Below, in pieces: positions 37,003 through 48,718 of a stretch of DNA of 64,000 bases. This stretch comes from Macrostomum lignano (lineage: Eukaryota): the NCBI GenBank assembly GCA_002269645.1, contig NIVC01000832.1:1-64000 (forward strand), written 5' to 3'. Each line of letters opens with the position of its first letter. Position 1 is the stretch's first letter. The position numbers and the translations under genes were made by a program. The notes beneath the pieces are model-generated. The model worked only from the letters and a program-made list of their open reading frames with translations, was not told the DNA's origin and made no database searches.

Positions 37003-40000
37003 TCAAAGTAAAAGTTCTATCCGTCTGGGCTGCGACGCGAACCTTTGAAGAACTTCTTCAGGAGTTGGGCAAGCGCTACGGTGGCATTGGAGCAGCAGAA
37101 TCGATTGCAGGCGATCCTCTCCCATTGTGCTGCGCTCAACAGTTAAAGTCCTTTTTAGCTTGGAAAAAACTCTCTCTGGCTCACACGTTGAGACTGGAAG
37201 AGTAGCCAGGATCATGAGTAGTCGCTGAATGTTTGGAAATTTATGCACGCTACAAGTCTTTAATGCTTCAAGTGCTGACCCAGGACGGTCTCGCGTCGAC
37301 ACTGCTGCCCACTGTCGACGCCATAGCAGGTACTCTTGCTTCACCACTGAAGGTGGGTCTGTAAGTTGGCAGTTGTACTTCAGCACAGCTTCCTGCACTT
37401 TACTCCATTGCTCCTCCATGTCAACAAGCTTTTCGTGAAAAAACTTTGGTATCAGAAGCGTCAAGTTGAAGGCACGCTTTTGTGGAGCATCAAATCGCAG
37501 TTTGATATCTGATATGATTGCTGCTACTGCCGGATAGAAAACCGTTTCTCTGTAACGCTGCTCAGCTGTTACCGACACCGGTTGCCGGGATCTTGTAGTT
37601 GCAAATGCAAAATGTTCTCGTGCAGAGCGAATTCTTGGCGGCCTTACTTCGATATCAAATTCTGCAGCGAGCTGTTCAACTTTAGAGAATACTTCTCTAA
37701 ATCGCACCTCACTTTGAAGCTCTTCCAGTTCAGCCAGGACATGATGAACATCTGCTAAAGCTTCTACCAGTTCGCTGCTAGATGATTGCAGTCTTCGGGA
37801 AACAGGCAGCAGAAGACTGGCCAAGGTTTCAAGGACAATCATCCCAACAATAAAGTCCAAATTCAAAATAGCTGAATGGTGGCAAGCTGCAGAGCGAGCA
37901 GCATCGGTTCCTGGCCAGGAGCTGATTTCTTCTAAGGCTTGTTCAATGAAAGGAAATAGCAATCGAAAGGTGACGACAGCGGTGTGGCGCTCCAAAAATC
38001 GAGTTTCACACAAACTAATGAGATGCCGCTTTGCCGTTTCAACTTCGTGATCATTTGATTGTATTAGACGTTTGAGCAAAGTAGTCCTTTTGCTGCTTGA
38101 CTTGAAGCCTGCTACAACCTCTTGAATGACTCCCATGGAATTTCTGATGATCTGGACCTTAATGGCATTTGCTGCGCTTAAATTCAATCAGTGAGCCATA
38201 CAATGAAAGTAGTCCGCTTGAGGGGCCTCTTTGCGGATAAAAGCAGCAACTCCAATTCTCTCACTCGCCATGGCAGCGGCACCATCGTAGCATTGTGCTA
38301 CGCACTGATTCAAATCAAGTCCAAGAGTGCGTAGGCGCCTGACAATTGCGGATGAAATATTCGCACCACTGAGTCGCAAATTCTCCCATCCATCACAATT
38401 TTCAGCTATATCAGCAACAACATCTAGCATTGCAACTGGCTCTTCGAATTGCTGAAAAGCACCATCTTCAGTTTGTTCTACAAATCGAACAACGATGACC
38501 AGCTGCTCCCTCTTCTGTACATCCATCGTTTCATCGACAATCAGTGCCAGAACATAGCATTCCTAACTCGAGCGACAATTCTTTCTTGAATAAGTTGCAA
38601 CGCGACATCCAAAGTTTCATTCTGAATTCGAGGAGAAAAATATGTCGCGTTTAACGATGCTTGTCTAGCATGTGCTCCCAAGACACTGTCCCCAGCTCGA
38701 ATACGAAATCGTAAAAGCGCTCGGAAATTTCCATCATTGACTTTTGGCTCTTCTGCCTCACTGTCTGATTGTCTGATTCTGGGAATAAAGGCTGATTTTC
38801 TCCGCGGTGCCCACGCAAACTGAGATTTTGTCTTGCGCATGTCAGCACTGTGTCAATCACTGATATAAGAATTTCCCTGTTTTTACTGATTTGCTGTTGA
38901 CGCGTCTTCTCAATTTGGGAGCGAATGTCGTTGGTTTCTTCTCCAAATAATGTGCGCTTCTCAAACTCCTTCATTTTTTCTACATTTGCTAGATGAAAAG
39001 CGGTCTTCTCGTGACAACTAAGGTGTCCACTCTTGCCAGTGAGTTCGTCAAAACGCTGTAGTGGCTTCATAACTAATACGCCAGGCATTTGTCCACCCCC
39101 ATGAGAGCGCCCTCCAACTCCAGCTGCTGATGAAAATAATACACATGGGGTGCAAAATACGCCTTCAAGTCCAAAGACTCGGCTCACAGACAGCCAGGGA
39201 AACTCTTCAAGATGACTGGGCATAATTTTTCGTTTTCTCTGACGTCCTTGACATCGATGCATTGAAAATGGAAAATGCTCTTGCTTTTTCGGCACCCACG
39301 GTTTAAAAAACTTTCGTCGAATTTCGATATTAATTGAACTTAGTTTAACAGCAAGACCGATGTCATTTTCAGCGACAAAGTGCTGTGACTGAATTCTGTC
39401 TTCAATGATAAGAGCTGAGCCACAAAGTGAAGCTGTTCTTACATTAGAGAAGAGAGCGCTTGGAGCTGAAGCGGCTGGATTGTCTGGGGCGCCGCCGACG
39501 TCAAGGGCGGCAGCTGAAGCGGCTGGATTGTCTGGGGCGCCGCCGACGTCAAGGGCGGCAGCTGAAGCGGCTGGATTGTCTGGGGCGCCGCCGACGTCAG
39601 GGGCGGCAGCTGAAGCGGCTGGATTGTCTGGGGCGCCGCCGACGTCAAGGGCAGCAGCTGAAGCGGCTGGATTGTCTGGGGCGCCGCCGACGTCAAGGGC
39701 GGCAGCTGAAGCGGTTGGATTGTCTGGGGCGTTGCCGACGTCAAGGGCGGCAGCTGAAGCGGCTGGATTGTCTGGGGCGCCGCCGATGTCAAAGGCGGCA
39801 GCTGAAGCGGTTGGATTGTCTGGGGCGCCGCCGATGTCAAGGGCGGCAGCTGAAGCGGTTGGATTGTCTTGCTCGCAGAGGGCGGTGCTTGAAGCAGCTG
39901 TGATGGCTTGTGTAGCCTTGTCGCCTTTATCATCTGAACGACTTGAAAAATACTGTCGGATCTGGGCGCTCTCCTTTGCGCTGTCTTTGAGCAATCGAGC

Positions 40001-40102
40001 ACGTTTATTTCTTCTACCTTCAGCTCCAGATAATTTTCTTTTTGTCGACATGAATCCGTCCAGAGTTTTTTTAAAGCTTATTTGCTTGGTTTTGCTTTGC
40101 AT
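37003..40102 (-). pseudogene. hAT transposase (ZMYM1-like: TTF Zn finger, DUF4371, dimerisation domain), frameshifted
   Basis: FPWLSVS..GVFCTPCVLF; LSLRGHR; GNFRALLRFR; QCYDGAAAMAS; LCETRFLERH; LATLPVSTCEPERVFSKLKR. Split across four ORFs. Confidence 0.93.
39465..39870. repeat. 48-bp in-frame coding VNTR (~8.5 copies, DNPAASAAALDVGGAP)
   Basis: GCTGAAGCGG recurs every 48 bp within the hAT transposase N-terminus. Confidence 0.92.
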
Positions 40103-42149
40103 AAGGAATATTCCGTGAATGAGTCAAACACAGACGCTTTTATTTACAAGTAAGCGTACGTTCATCATAGTACTTTCTTTCTACGTACTTTCAAGCGTAG
40201 CTCTTAGGGCTTAGGGCGTTGGGGGGGGGCAGGCAGTCCTTGTTTTGCCTCCTCTCTCTCAACTCAACCCCGCGCGATCGATAATGGACGGGAGACGGTT
40301 TGCTTCATGTGGTGAGGGTATGCACACGATTTTAATGTACAGCGGAGAGCTTTTTAGCTAACATGTTTATCAGTAGAGAATGGGTTGATTAAAGTCAGTG
40401 GAGAGTTGTCTATTTGCCAAACTTATTCAATTGATGTTAGAAAAATGTGTACATTCTGACTGACGCCAAGTACAAGCATGCATATAGAAAGCGAGAATTG
40501 AACAGCTAGTTATTTGCGAAGTTCTTAAAAATTGAGTTATTTCTGCTTAATGGAATGAAGAATTTTCAGTAAATGATTAGAATCTACATTTAGTATAGTT
40601 AGCTTTTCAAACTGATTAGTCATACCTTCATGATATTTGTTTCATTTATACGCACTTATTACAAAAACAAAATTAACTATCTGTTGGTGGGGCGTGGGCG
40701 CCTGTCGTTTGGTGGGTGGGCACCCTGTATCTTACAGTGCGCCCTTGTCTCTTAAATGGGCGTCCGTGTCCCTTAGGTGGGCGCCCCTATCATTCATCGA
40801 GCTTATACCCCATCGTTTCGTTGTTGGAGGGGCGCAATTTTTGTGGGGGCGCAATTTTTGTGTGGCCGCAATTTTTGTGCGGGGATCGATGGGCGGCGGG
40901 AGCTTACGGCACCGGGGGCACGTTTACCGCACGGGCGGTAATTTTTAGTGCCTTTTCTGATATTTTAGGCCCTAATTATTTGCAGCTTATATAAAGGTAC
41001 CTGTGCTGTGCCCCCTTGCCCTGTGCCCAGTGCCCCCCTAAAATATTAGGCTCTGCCACTCCCTGGGGAGGGGGCAATTTTAGTGGAACTGTGGGGGCGC
41101 AATTTTTGTCAGGGGGGGCAATTTTTGTGAGGGCGCAATTTTAGTGGGGAGGGGGGCAATTTTTGTGGGGGGGCATTTTTGTGGGATGCGCAATTTTTGT
41201 GGGGGGCGTAATTTTTTTGGCGGGCGATTGGGGGGGGGGGGGCGGCCCCCCCGGCCCCCCCCCTGCGTACGCCACTGCCCGAGCGGTAAGACACTGTCTA
41301 ATTTCCGAATTTTAGTCCGAAAGTCTAGCGTTTTCCGAGGATCAAGGGTGTCCAGCAGTAGCTAATCTATTCCTAATGGCTAATCCTTAATGTCTATTAT
41401 TAGCCCGCACGGCTTTCTTAGGATCTATACGATCTCGACCTCCCTACTCAGGTTTCTATTCTTGGTCTCCACGACCTCAAGTTTCCCTATTCAGATCCCT
41501 AATTCTTGGTCTCCACGACCTCAAGTTTCCCTATTCAGATCCCTAATTCTTGGTCTCCACGACCTCAAGTTTCCCTATTCAATAAATAAAATAGCGAAAA
41601 CAAGTCTTAGCGGAAGTTTAAGGTTGAACACTCCAATTACTAAGAGTTATTGAGTTTTTAGTTGAGAAACGAGGGTGAGCGCGAGTTGTATATTTGGCGG
41701 TCCAAGCTGTCTCTTTATATAATCGTTGACAAAGGAGGGGGGGGTGAACATAAGGCATTTAAACAAAAATAAAAAGGAATTTTTAACAAAGTATCGTTTT
41801 AACAAACCTGTAATTTAAACAAAAAGGGGAAGAAATTTGCTGATTGGCCAGGATAAAAAGTCGCGATTAGCTACTGTTATAAGTAATATAGATGATTTAT
41901 AACAATCTGTCTCATTAGAGAAATTTACACTGCCGCAACAGAGAGTGAGTACTATAGGACTCTAGCCAAACGCGAGAAACGTGAGTTCCAACAACAATAC
42001 ATAACAGATCTCTTCAAGAATCACAATGACTATTGTAAGTATTAAAAGGATATATATAGGCGTAGAATAGATGGTAAACAGCAAGAAACTAGAAATGTTC
42101 TGTTTTACTGTGTGAAAAAATAAACGAAGATGTTATCAATGCGATTGAA

Positions 42150-44440
42150 TTGGCTTATGAGGGATGGATCTTATAGGATCCAAATAATATCTTTTATCAT
42201 CTAAAGGACTCATTGTTTGTTTCATTATATCACGAATGTATATTTTATTTTTTTAAGCTACAGTCATGCTTACTCTACCTCTTTGAATCTCTTTGTAATC
42301 TGTCAATAGTATGTGTTTGAATGTTTCAAATTTTATGTTACAACTACCTTTATCAACTCCCTTAATCTTAACACACTCCCCTGAAACTGTAGTGAAAGCA
42401 TACTCCTTTGACCGCAGGAATACAGCTTCGGAAATTATTGAGCCATTTATTTCATCTGAGCCATTCATTTCAGCTACAAGATGAAAGTTCGACCTATTCT
42501 TTACATTTTCGATTGTTTTACCGTAGAATGAGTTGTTCAGTAGTTTCCACATGTCTTTCTCAAATTTAGTTTTTGCTTCCATTCTCTGCCTGGTATCAAG
42601 TTCGATGTATTTACTCAACCAGTTTGACTCGTTGAATGAAAGAATTCTATAAACTCTCGTAACTCGCATGCCCATCTTCTCATAAAACTCAAGTAGTCTG
42701 TGATGTAAAACATATTTCTCCTTGTTGTAAAATGTCAACATCAACTTTGACTGGACAAACTTTTTCTTTTCGACTTCGAGGTATTCCTTCTGTATGTCAG
42801 ATAAATCCTCAAATCTAGTTGTTCGTTTCTCAGGAGCCAGTGAATATTTACTTGTAGCTTTTTTACACTCATCTGTATATTCAAGGTCAACTTCAAGAAA
42901 ACAACCCCTGCCATTAGGAATATTCTTGTGATACTCTAGATCATTCTCAAATTTGAAATCTCTCACAGGAAGATTTTTCATCATTGCTTTACCATATAAG
43001 TTATTTTTGTCTAGGTATAACATGTATGACGATTCATAATTGCTGTCATAATTTTCTAAATACTTATTGTTCATTTTTTTATATCGATCTCCAAGAACTC
43101 CCGAGAAACCGCCACGAATGCCACTTTCTATCATAGATATCATTTCTTAACTCCAAGTAATTCCAATTCCACATTAGTATATATCAACCCACATGCCCAC
43201 GATAATCCAGAAAAGGAAAAGCAATACGCAGGATCTATCTTGAAATATTTCAAAAATGTTGATCGAAACTTCTCAAAAGCGTTGACAAATGAGTAAATCT
43301 TTCTAATTGCTCCTGTTGTATCACTGGGGGGGCAAATATCTTATTTTTTCTTCAGAGAGTAAATGGTGGTTCCAAAAACCTAGATCCATCTAAAAACACA
43401 ACGCCGCTGGTATAATTCCCCCACTTAATTGCAACATGGTCTTCCGATGTTTTAGAAATGAAATTCAATTTATACGCTGTATTCTTTATTCGTGTTAATG
43501 GAACTATCAAATAGTTTAGATCTTTTCCAGATTCATTCAAGAGAAACAATGGCACTGTTTTATTCGCCTTGCCCTCTTTGGCATTACATGATTGACATGC
43601 TGCGCCGCGATATTTACCATCGTAGTGATTATGCTCTCGAATTTTTTTACCATCTACAAATGGGCTTGATCAGAGAAAACATTGTTCTGCCGCTTTGTAA
43701 TCAGTCTCTTCGACATCACTTAAACTTGGATGTTTATATCTATCCATTTCATTTTTATATGCTCAAACTTTTGATTACGGTTTCAACGAATGATTCCACT
43801 GTAGCATTTGAAATAATATCTGATTTTATAATATTTTCATAATCGGAACTAATAAAAAGTGTCCATTGTGATATTTCTAGCGATTTATTATCTATCGTTA
43901 CATAATCCAATATAGCATAAAACACAAATGGCTTTCTTACACTCATGTGGTAGTTCTTAAACTTCAACATCCTCTTATCAATCTTTGGAACTTCAATTGA
44001 CACCTTGAAGTCAGTGCAGATTGCTTTATGATTATTCAGTGCAGTCTGTGAGGATTTAACTTGAAGGCATTTTCTACAAAGAAAAGCCCTGGTATTGGAC
44101 GTCAGAATAAGTTCAGGTCTGTTATTAAACAATAATGATTTTTGACAAGTAGTAAATCAATAACATCGGGGTTGACATAATCTTCAGTAAAGCGAATTGA
44201 ATATATGGACTCTTTAGTTTTAATGTCTCTCAATCCAAACACATTTATATGAAGGCTGTTCAACTTTTCAATCTTAGAGATATCTGGAATGTTCACTGGA
44301 CACGCAACATATCCAAAATTTATTTCCGTCTTATATTGAGTATACTTCCCAACTCTACATCTATGTTCCTTCACAGGATGAAGCTTTGCTAAAATAGACC
44401 AGAGAAAGCACCTATTGTCTTTAGCACCTATTCTTAACAT
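42150..44440 (-). pseudogene. Protein-primed DNA polymerase B (Maverick type)
   Basis: CFLWSILAKLHP; REHNHYDGKYRGAACQSCN; GIRGG; YLDKNNLYGKAM; KLLNNSFYGKT; FLRSKEY; SPLDDKRY. The YxDTDS region is deleted. Confidence 0.93.
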
Positions 44441-44552
44441 TTACTAATGCCTTTGATTCAATAGGGATGTTAATATAAGTTCTTGGTTTTCCCTTTCGAA
44501 CATATCGATTGAGTCTGGCTTCAGTGTTTTTCTCGCTCATTTTTAAGGTCAG

Positions 44553-45358
44553 TGTCACGTTAATGGCGTAGTGGCTATGGCCCTCAAGAGGGCCGTTTTA
44601 ACGAGAGTTGTCGTTGTAGTCCAAAAGGAAGGTTAATTGAACAATGGCGGTGTAGCGGTTTCGTGTAGCGGTAGCAATTATTAATAGAGAATAGAAATTC
44701 ATTGTAGTCTGGCTCTTATATTTTCTCAAATTAATAATACAGTTACAGAGGCGATAACAGTATGGGCACTGGCGGCTGCAACAACGAGTTAATGATCAGA
44801 TGAGTAGACGATGGAGGATGGCAATGAGTCAATGGCAGCGAGTAGCGGTCGTGAGTAGGCAGAACGGTAGTGAGCTGGCGTTAGCCGTAGTAGAAGTACA
44901 AGTGGAACGCAGTGTGTAACAGGCTGGCCCAGACAGAGGAGCCGTGGCGAGAGATAAGGAGGCCCGAGGAGAGGAGGCAGACAGAAGGCAGAAGGCAGAA
45001 GGAGGTGAACGGACGACGGGACGAGAGGAAGGAAGAAAGAAAAAAAGAAAGTGAAAAACCCAGCCCGCCGCCAGACGGGGGGGGGGTTAATAAAGAGCGC
45101 AAAAGGGGGTAGCATAAACACGGAGAGCCTTTATTGGCTGGCGAGAGAATTTGAAATTATCGATCGTGCTAAAATTTACAGACGAACGCAAGGCCTACTA
45201 CCAAATACACAGTGAATTAGCAATTGATACAGATTATTAGCACGCTACTACAAGTAAACGTTAGAATAAACTATTGGAAGAATTAAAATGAAAAAATTGC
45301 AAGGGAAACTATAGTCCAACGGCCCTTTTGCGGGACCACTTATACTAGCAACGTCACA
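44553..45358 (-). mobile_element. Solo LTR (806 bp) with 5-bp TSD GTCAG, inserted in the Maverick
   Basis: TGTCACGT...ACGTCACA; GTCAG at 44548-44552 and 45359-45363; same family as 8577-9272. Confidence 0.88.
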
Positions 45359-45429
45359 GTCAGAATTTCTTCAAACCATTGCCTTGTCTCAAAGACACTT
45401 GAGGCTGTTCTGTTGTTCCTAGAGCCTTT

Positions 45430-45790
45430 TTAACAATATCTTGATTGGCCTTTGTTTGATTGTGAAGCTATCTGTTGCTCTTCCATTCTTTTCTCTACGC
45501 TTCTTTTTAATATATTCAAGTTCCTCACCTGCTTTAGACATGTCACTGTATGATTTCTTCGCATCGAATATGTTCTTCGCTGTGGTAGCTGTTTACCTAT
45601 TGCATCAGCTCCACTCACAATTTTACTTCCATGATTTGATAAAAAGTTTGTGACACCACTGATAATATCACCAATTCCTTCACCCTCTTTATCAGCTAGT
45701 AGTTGTGAATCAGACGTTTTAATCTGACCCTTTGCTCGTTTGCAGTTTGTTCGATAGGCGCTCATTTTTAGTTAAAAAATTTGCTGGTAG
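45430..45790 (-). pseudogene. Small Maverick ORF with amphipathic-helix-like segment (GEGIGDIISGVTNFLSNHG)
   Basis: Lies directly downstream of the integrase; G-x-G-I motif typical of Maverick core/membrane-active proteins; frameshifted. Confidence 0.45.
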
Positions 45791-45820
45791 AAGCTGGGAT
45801 TTGTAAAATGATCCAATAAT

Positions 45821-46726
45821 TTATTCTCCATTCTCATCCTCAATAATGTATGTTATGGGATTTGAATAAACTATTTTCTTTATCCTAAACACTTCTGAAA
45901 TTTTCCAATAACCTCTTCGATCAAATTCAAACCAGAGTTTATTTGTGAGAGTACGATTGAACCTCTTAATCATTGCATTCTTGGACTCGCCATAAATTGA
46001 AAACATCTTGTTAATATATTCACCCCTTTCATCCTTCTTTCTAATGTATTTTGAAAACGAATATGGCTTGTACATATGCTGATTATATAACTCCTTGCCT
46101 TCATCTACACAAAGTCTCTCTGATCGTCTTCCTGATTCCTTAAATACTTTTTGGAAAGCTTCTGCAACTTCCGCTCCCGTCTTTGTTTTTAAAGGAACTG
46201 CCCAGGCGTAACGTGTAAAACCATCTATGATAGTGAGAGCATATTTGTAACCTCTTTCAGGTGGTAGGATAATGATATCTGCATTCCAAATTGTGTCTTT
46301 TGCATAGTGAATCATTTTTCTAAACAGTCTTGGTTTTCTATATTCCCTATGCAATTTTACTGCATCTTCATAGCTAAGACCCTTTCCGTATATAGTTAGA
46401 CAGTCTATACAATTGTTGGGGTTGTATGTATGAATTCCTAATCCAAACCGAACTTTAGTATTGATAATGCGCTTTACTAGATTTCTAATGAGTCTCTCCT
46501 TTACTGACAAGTCACTAGTTGGAATAGCATCTAAATCAGCTATCATTTTTTCATCAGCAATATGCTTCTTTGCTAAAGCTTCCTCTGGAGTTGAAGACGT
46601 CTTTTGAGCATCTCTATAGTTTTTGTCATGATAATAAGCAGTCGAATCGATTGGGTTGATTGGTAGACTGTCATACCGAGGTCAGTCTGTAATTGGATTG
46701 AGTCTTTGGTCTAAATTTGTACCGGG
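45821..46726 (-). pseudogene. PLA2 C-terminal half in frame with a Maverick rve integrase (inactive)
   Basis: PGTNL..PINPIDSTAYYHDKNY..HIADEKM..KVRFGLG then WNADI..LTIIDGFTRYAWAVPLKTK..LCVDEGKE..IKRFNRTL; catalytic E appears as K; internal deletion. Confidence 0.88.
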
Positions 46727-46973
46727 CAGTTGATCCTCAATCTTTCGAAAGAGGCTGGACTTTATCTTAAGGCATCATCAGGATTGACCAGATCCTTCAG
46801 CCCCACCCCCATAAAGTCTCTGAATCTTCTCCCATATCCTTGTCAACTAAATGGACGTACCATAGGTACTCGATCAAAGATCAGACTTAGGAGCTTGGCT
46901 GCGGATTTCCACCATGTCCTCAAGCTTGTTACCGTTGGGAACAGGAATTACCTGTGTTCCTTCAGAAGATTTC

Positions 46974-47487
46974 TCAGCTGAAGTGGTACTTGAGGCTTTT
47001 GAAGGTTCGCCATTCACTAAGCACTTGTTTAACCTTGGTTATAATGTTTGTGTATTGATCCCCATAAAGAAATTTCAATGCAAATTCGCCTGTTACAAGG
47101 GTGATTCCATTGTCTAGTAAAATATTCTTAGGTTCGTTTTCAGTTTTATTGATGCATACATAAAACAACTGGTAGGTGGGATAAGACTTTTTATAGTCTA
47201 ATAGTTTCCTTTAGTTACTTTCACGACTTAAGGAATTGTCTGTGTTATCAGAAGATTTAAGCTCTAATGCAATCTTTAGCTCAACGTGAACCAGGTCAAT
47301 CTTTTTACCTTTTTGAATCCAAAATATTTTTCTGCTAAAAATTCATATAGTCTACCTAGTCTCATTTGAATAACTTTAATCTTGTGTGAAATTATTAGCT
47401 TTTCTTGAAATAAATCGCAAAGAATTGGGTTATACCCCACCTTGTCGTCAATTTTTTCAAGAGAATTTCTCTAATTTTTTGCTCCAT
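46974..47487 (-). pseudogene. PD-(D/E)XK restriction-endonuclease-like gene (about three frameshifts)
   Basis: Reconstructed: MEQKIREILLK/KIDDKVGYNPILCDLFQEKLIISHKIKVIQMRLGRLYEFLAEKYFGFKKV/KIDLVHVELKIALELKSSDNTDNSLSRE/KLLDYKKSYPTYQLFYVCIN...; ID-x10-ELK pattern. Confidence 0.55.
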
Positions 47488-47595
47488 TTTTACTTTACAA
47501 AATTTAACAAGTGCTTATCGATCGCCCTGAAGGGACGCGAGCTCTGCTCGATGACTAGCAAGGACATTGACTTTCCTCACTCAGGCCACAAGGTA

Positions 47596-47730
47596 ACCTG
47601 CAAAAGAATACCCTGGAATATGAAATTCTCCAGGATATTTTCCAGTAGAGAAGATGGGTTGCAGTTTTGTCATAGCTGACTGAATGTCTAATGCAGAACC
47701 AAGAAATAGTGGTTTATTGAAGGCCATTTT
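47596..47730 (-). pseudogene. N-terminal half of the Maverick PLA2 gene
   Basis: MAFNKPLF...GEFHIPGYSFAG joins PGTNL at 46726 to give the YxGPG calcium loop. Confidence 0.8.
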
Positions 47731-47980
47731 ATAGAGATTTTTTATTTCTTTATTTTTACTTGTAAAGTGTTTGTATACATTCCATTGAATACTTAATAGA
47801 CTGAATTTTAAGACAAGTCGAGACAATAATCCAAAGCGACATGTTACACAAAACAGATCGCTGATAAAAGATTTTGGTATATTTTAAAAGAAACTTATAA
47901 GACGATGCATAACAATCCTTAGTCACAGTCCTTACAGTCCTCCTTAGTCGCAGTCACAGTGATAGTCCTTAGTCACTCAT

Positions 47981-48152
47981 GTTGAGCAGCTTGGTGTTGA
48001 GCAGCTTGGTGTTGAGCAGCTTGGTATTGAGCAGCTTGGTGTTGAGCAGCTTGGTCTTGAGCAGCTTGGTGCTGAGCATCTTGGTGTTGAGCAGCTTGGT
48101 ATTGAGCAGCTTGGTCTTGAGCAGCTTGGTCTTGAGCAGCTTGGTGTTAAGC
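47981..48152. repeat. 15-bp minisatellite (GAGCAGCTTGGTGTT), ~11 copies
   Basis: Directly visible; reads QHQAA repeats on the minus strand after PPTYEDA*. Confidence 0.92.
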
Positions 48153-48632
48153 ATCCTCGTATGTCGGAGGTGCCTCTGGAACGTCTACATCTAGCGAGCG
48201 CTCGATTTCTAGTTGGCGTTGATTTTCAAAGATAGAACGCTCCTTCGCAATGGTTTTTTAATTAGCCTAAGCATCGCTATGTCGTTCTCAATTTTGTCGA
48301 AGTTCACGCGATAATGCTCAAGGAATTGATTCTCATTTGTAGACGTGACGAAGCTAGTATTGGGGTATTTTGTGTAAATCAAACCTCTCAAATTGTTTCT
48401 CTCTTGTGTGCTCACAAGTATTTTAGCATGCCTAGTTGGATTTCCGGGCATTCTGTTCGTTTGGAATGAAAGCTGATAATAAGCAGAGGACAATTGTTGT
48501 GGATAATTTGTTTTGGGTATACCCTTAAATTCTGTCTAAAATGTCTTATGCCAGCCGCTAATTGGTTGCCACTGCCCTGCCATTGCCTTGCCACTGCCCT
48601 GTGGCAGTGACAGATTTTTTCTCTCTAGAGTG

Positions 48633-48718
48633 AGTAGTAGTGTGTTATACGGGGCTGAGTCATCCAGCGAGCTGGCGCGCAATGCGCCCGAGCAATAAGT
48701 GTGGCATAGCCCCGTATA
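48633..48718. other. Partial copy of the AGTAGT hairpin cassette
   Basis: AGTAGTAGTGTGTTATACGGGGCTG...TAGCCCCGTATA; ~85% similar to 49704-49802; right arm truncated. Confidence 0.85.

Larger units (their letters stand above)
36140..41277 (-). mobile_element. Complete hAT DNA transposon (5138 bp) inserted in the Gypsy-1 5' LTR
   Basis: TIRs CAGTGGCGTAC[T/G]CAGG; 8-bp TSD CCCGCGCG/CCCGAGCG (1 mismatch); the uninterrupted LTR sequence is seen near 50785. Confidence 0.95.
27067..41914 (-). mobile_element. Ty3/Gypsy LTR retrotransposon copy 1 (gag-pro-RT-RH-IN + ORF3); 3' LTR reduced to a 25-bp stub
   Basis: 5' LTR 35905-41914 (interrupted by hAT); PBS 35891-35901; AGATGATTTATAACAATCTGTCTCA shared by 27067-27091 and 41890-41914; Gypsy domain order. 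Confidence 0.95.

Noticed and set aside
39405-40118. 237-aa plus-strand ORF and other frames over the 48-bp VNTR
   Set aside because: Shadow ORFs kept open by a stop-free GC-rich repeat antisense to the hAT transposase.
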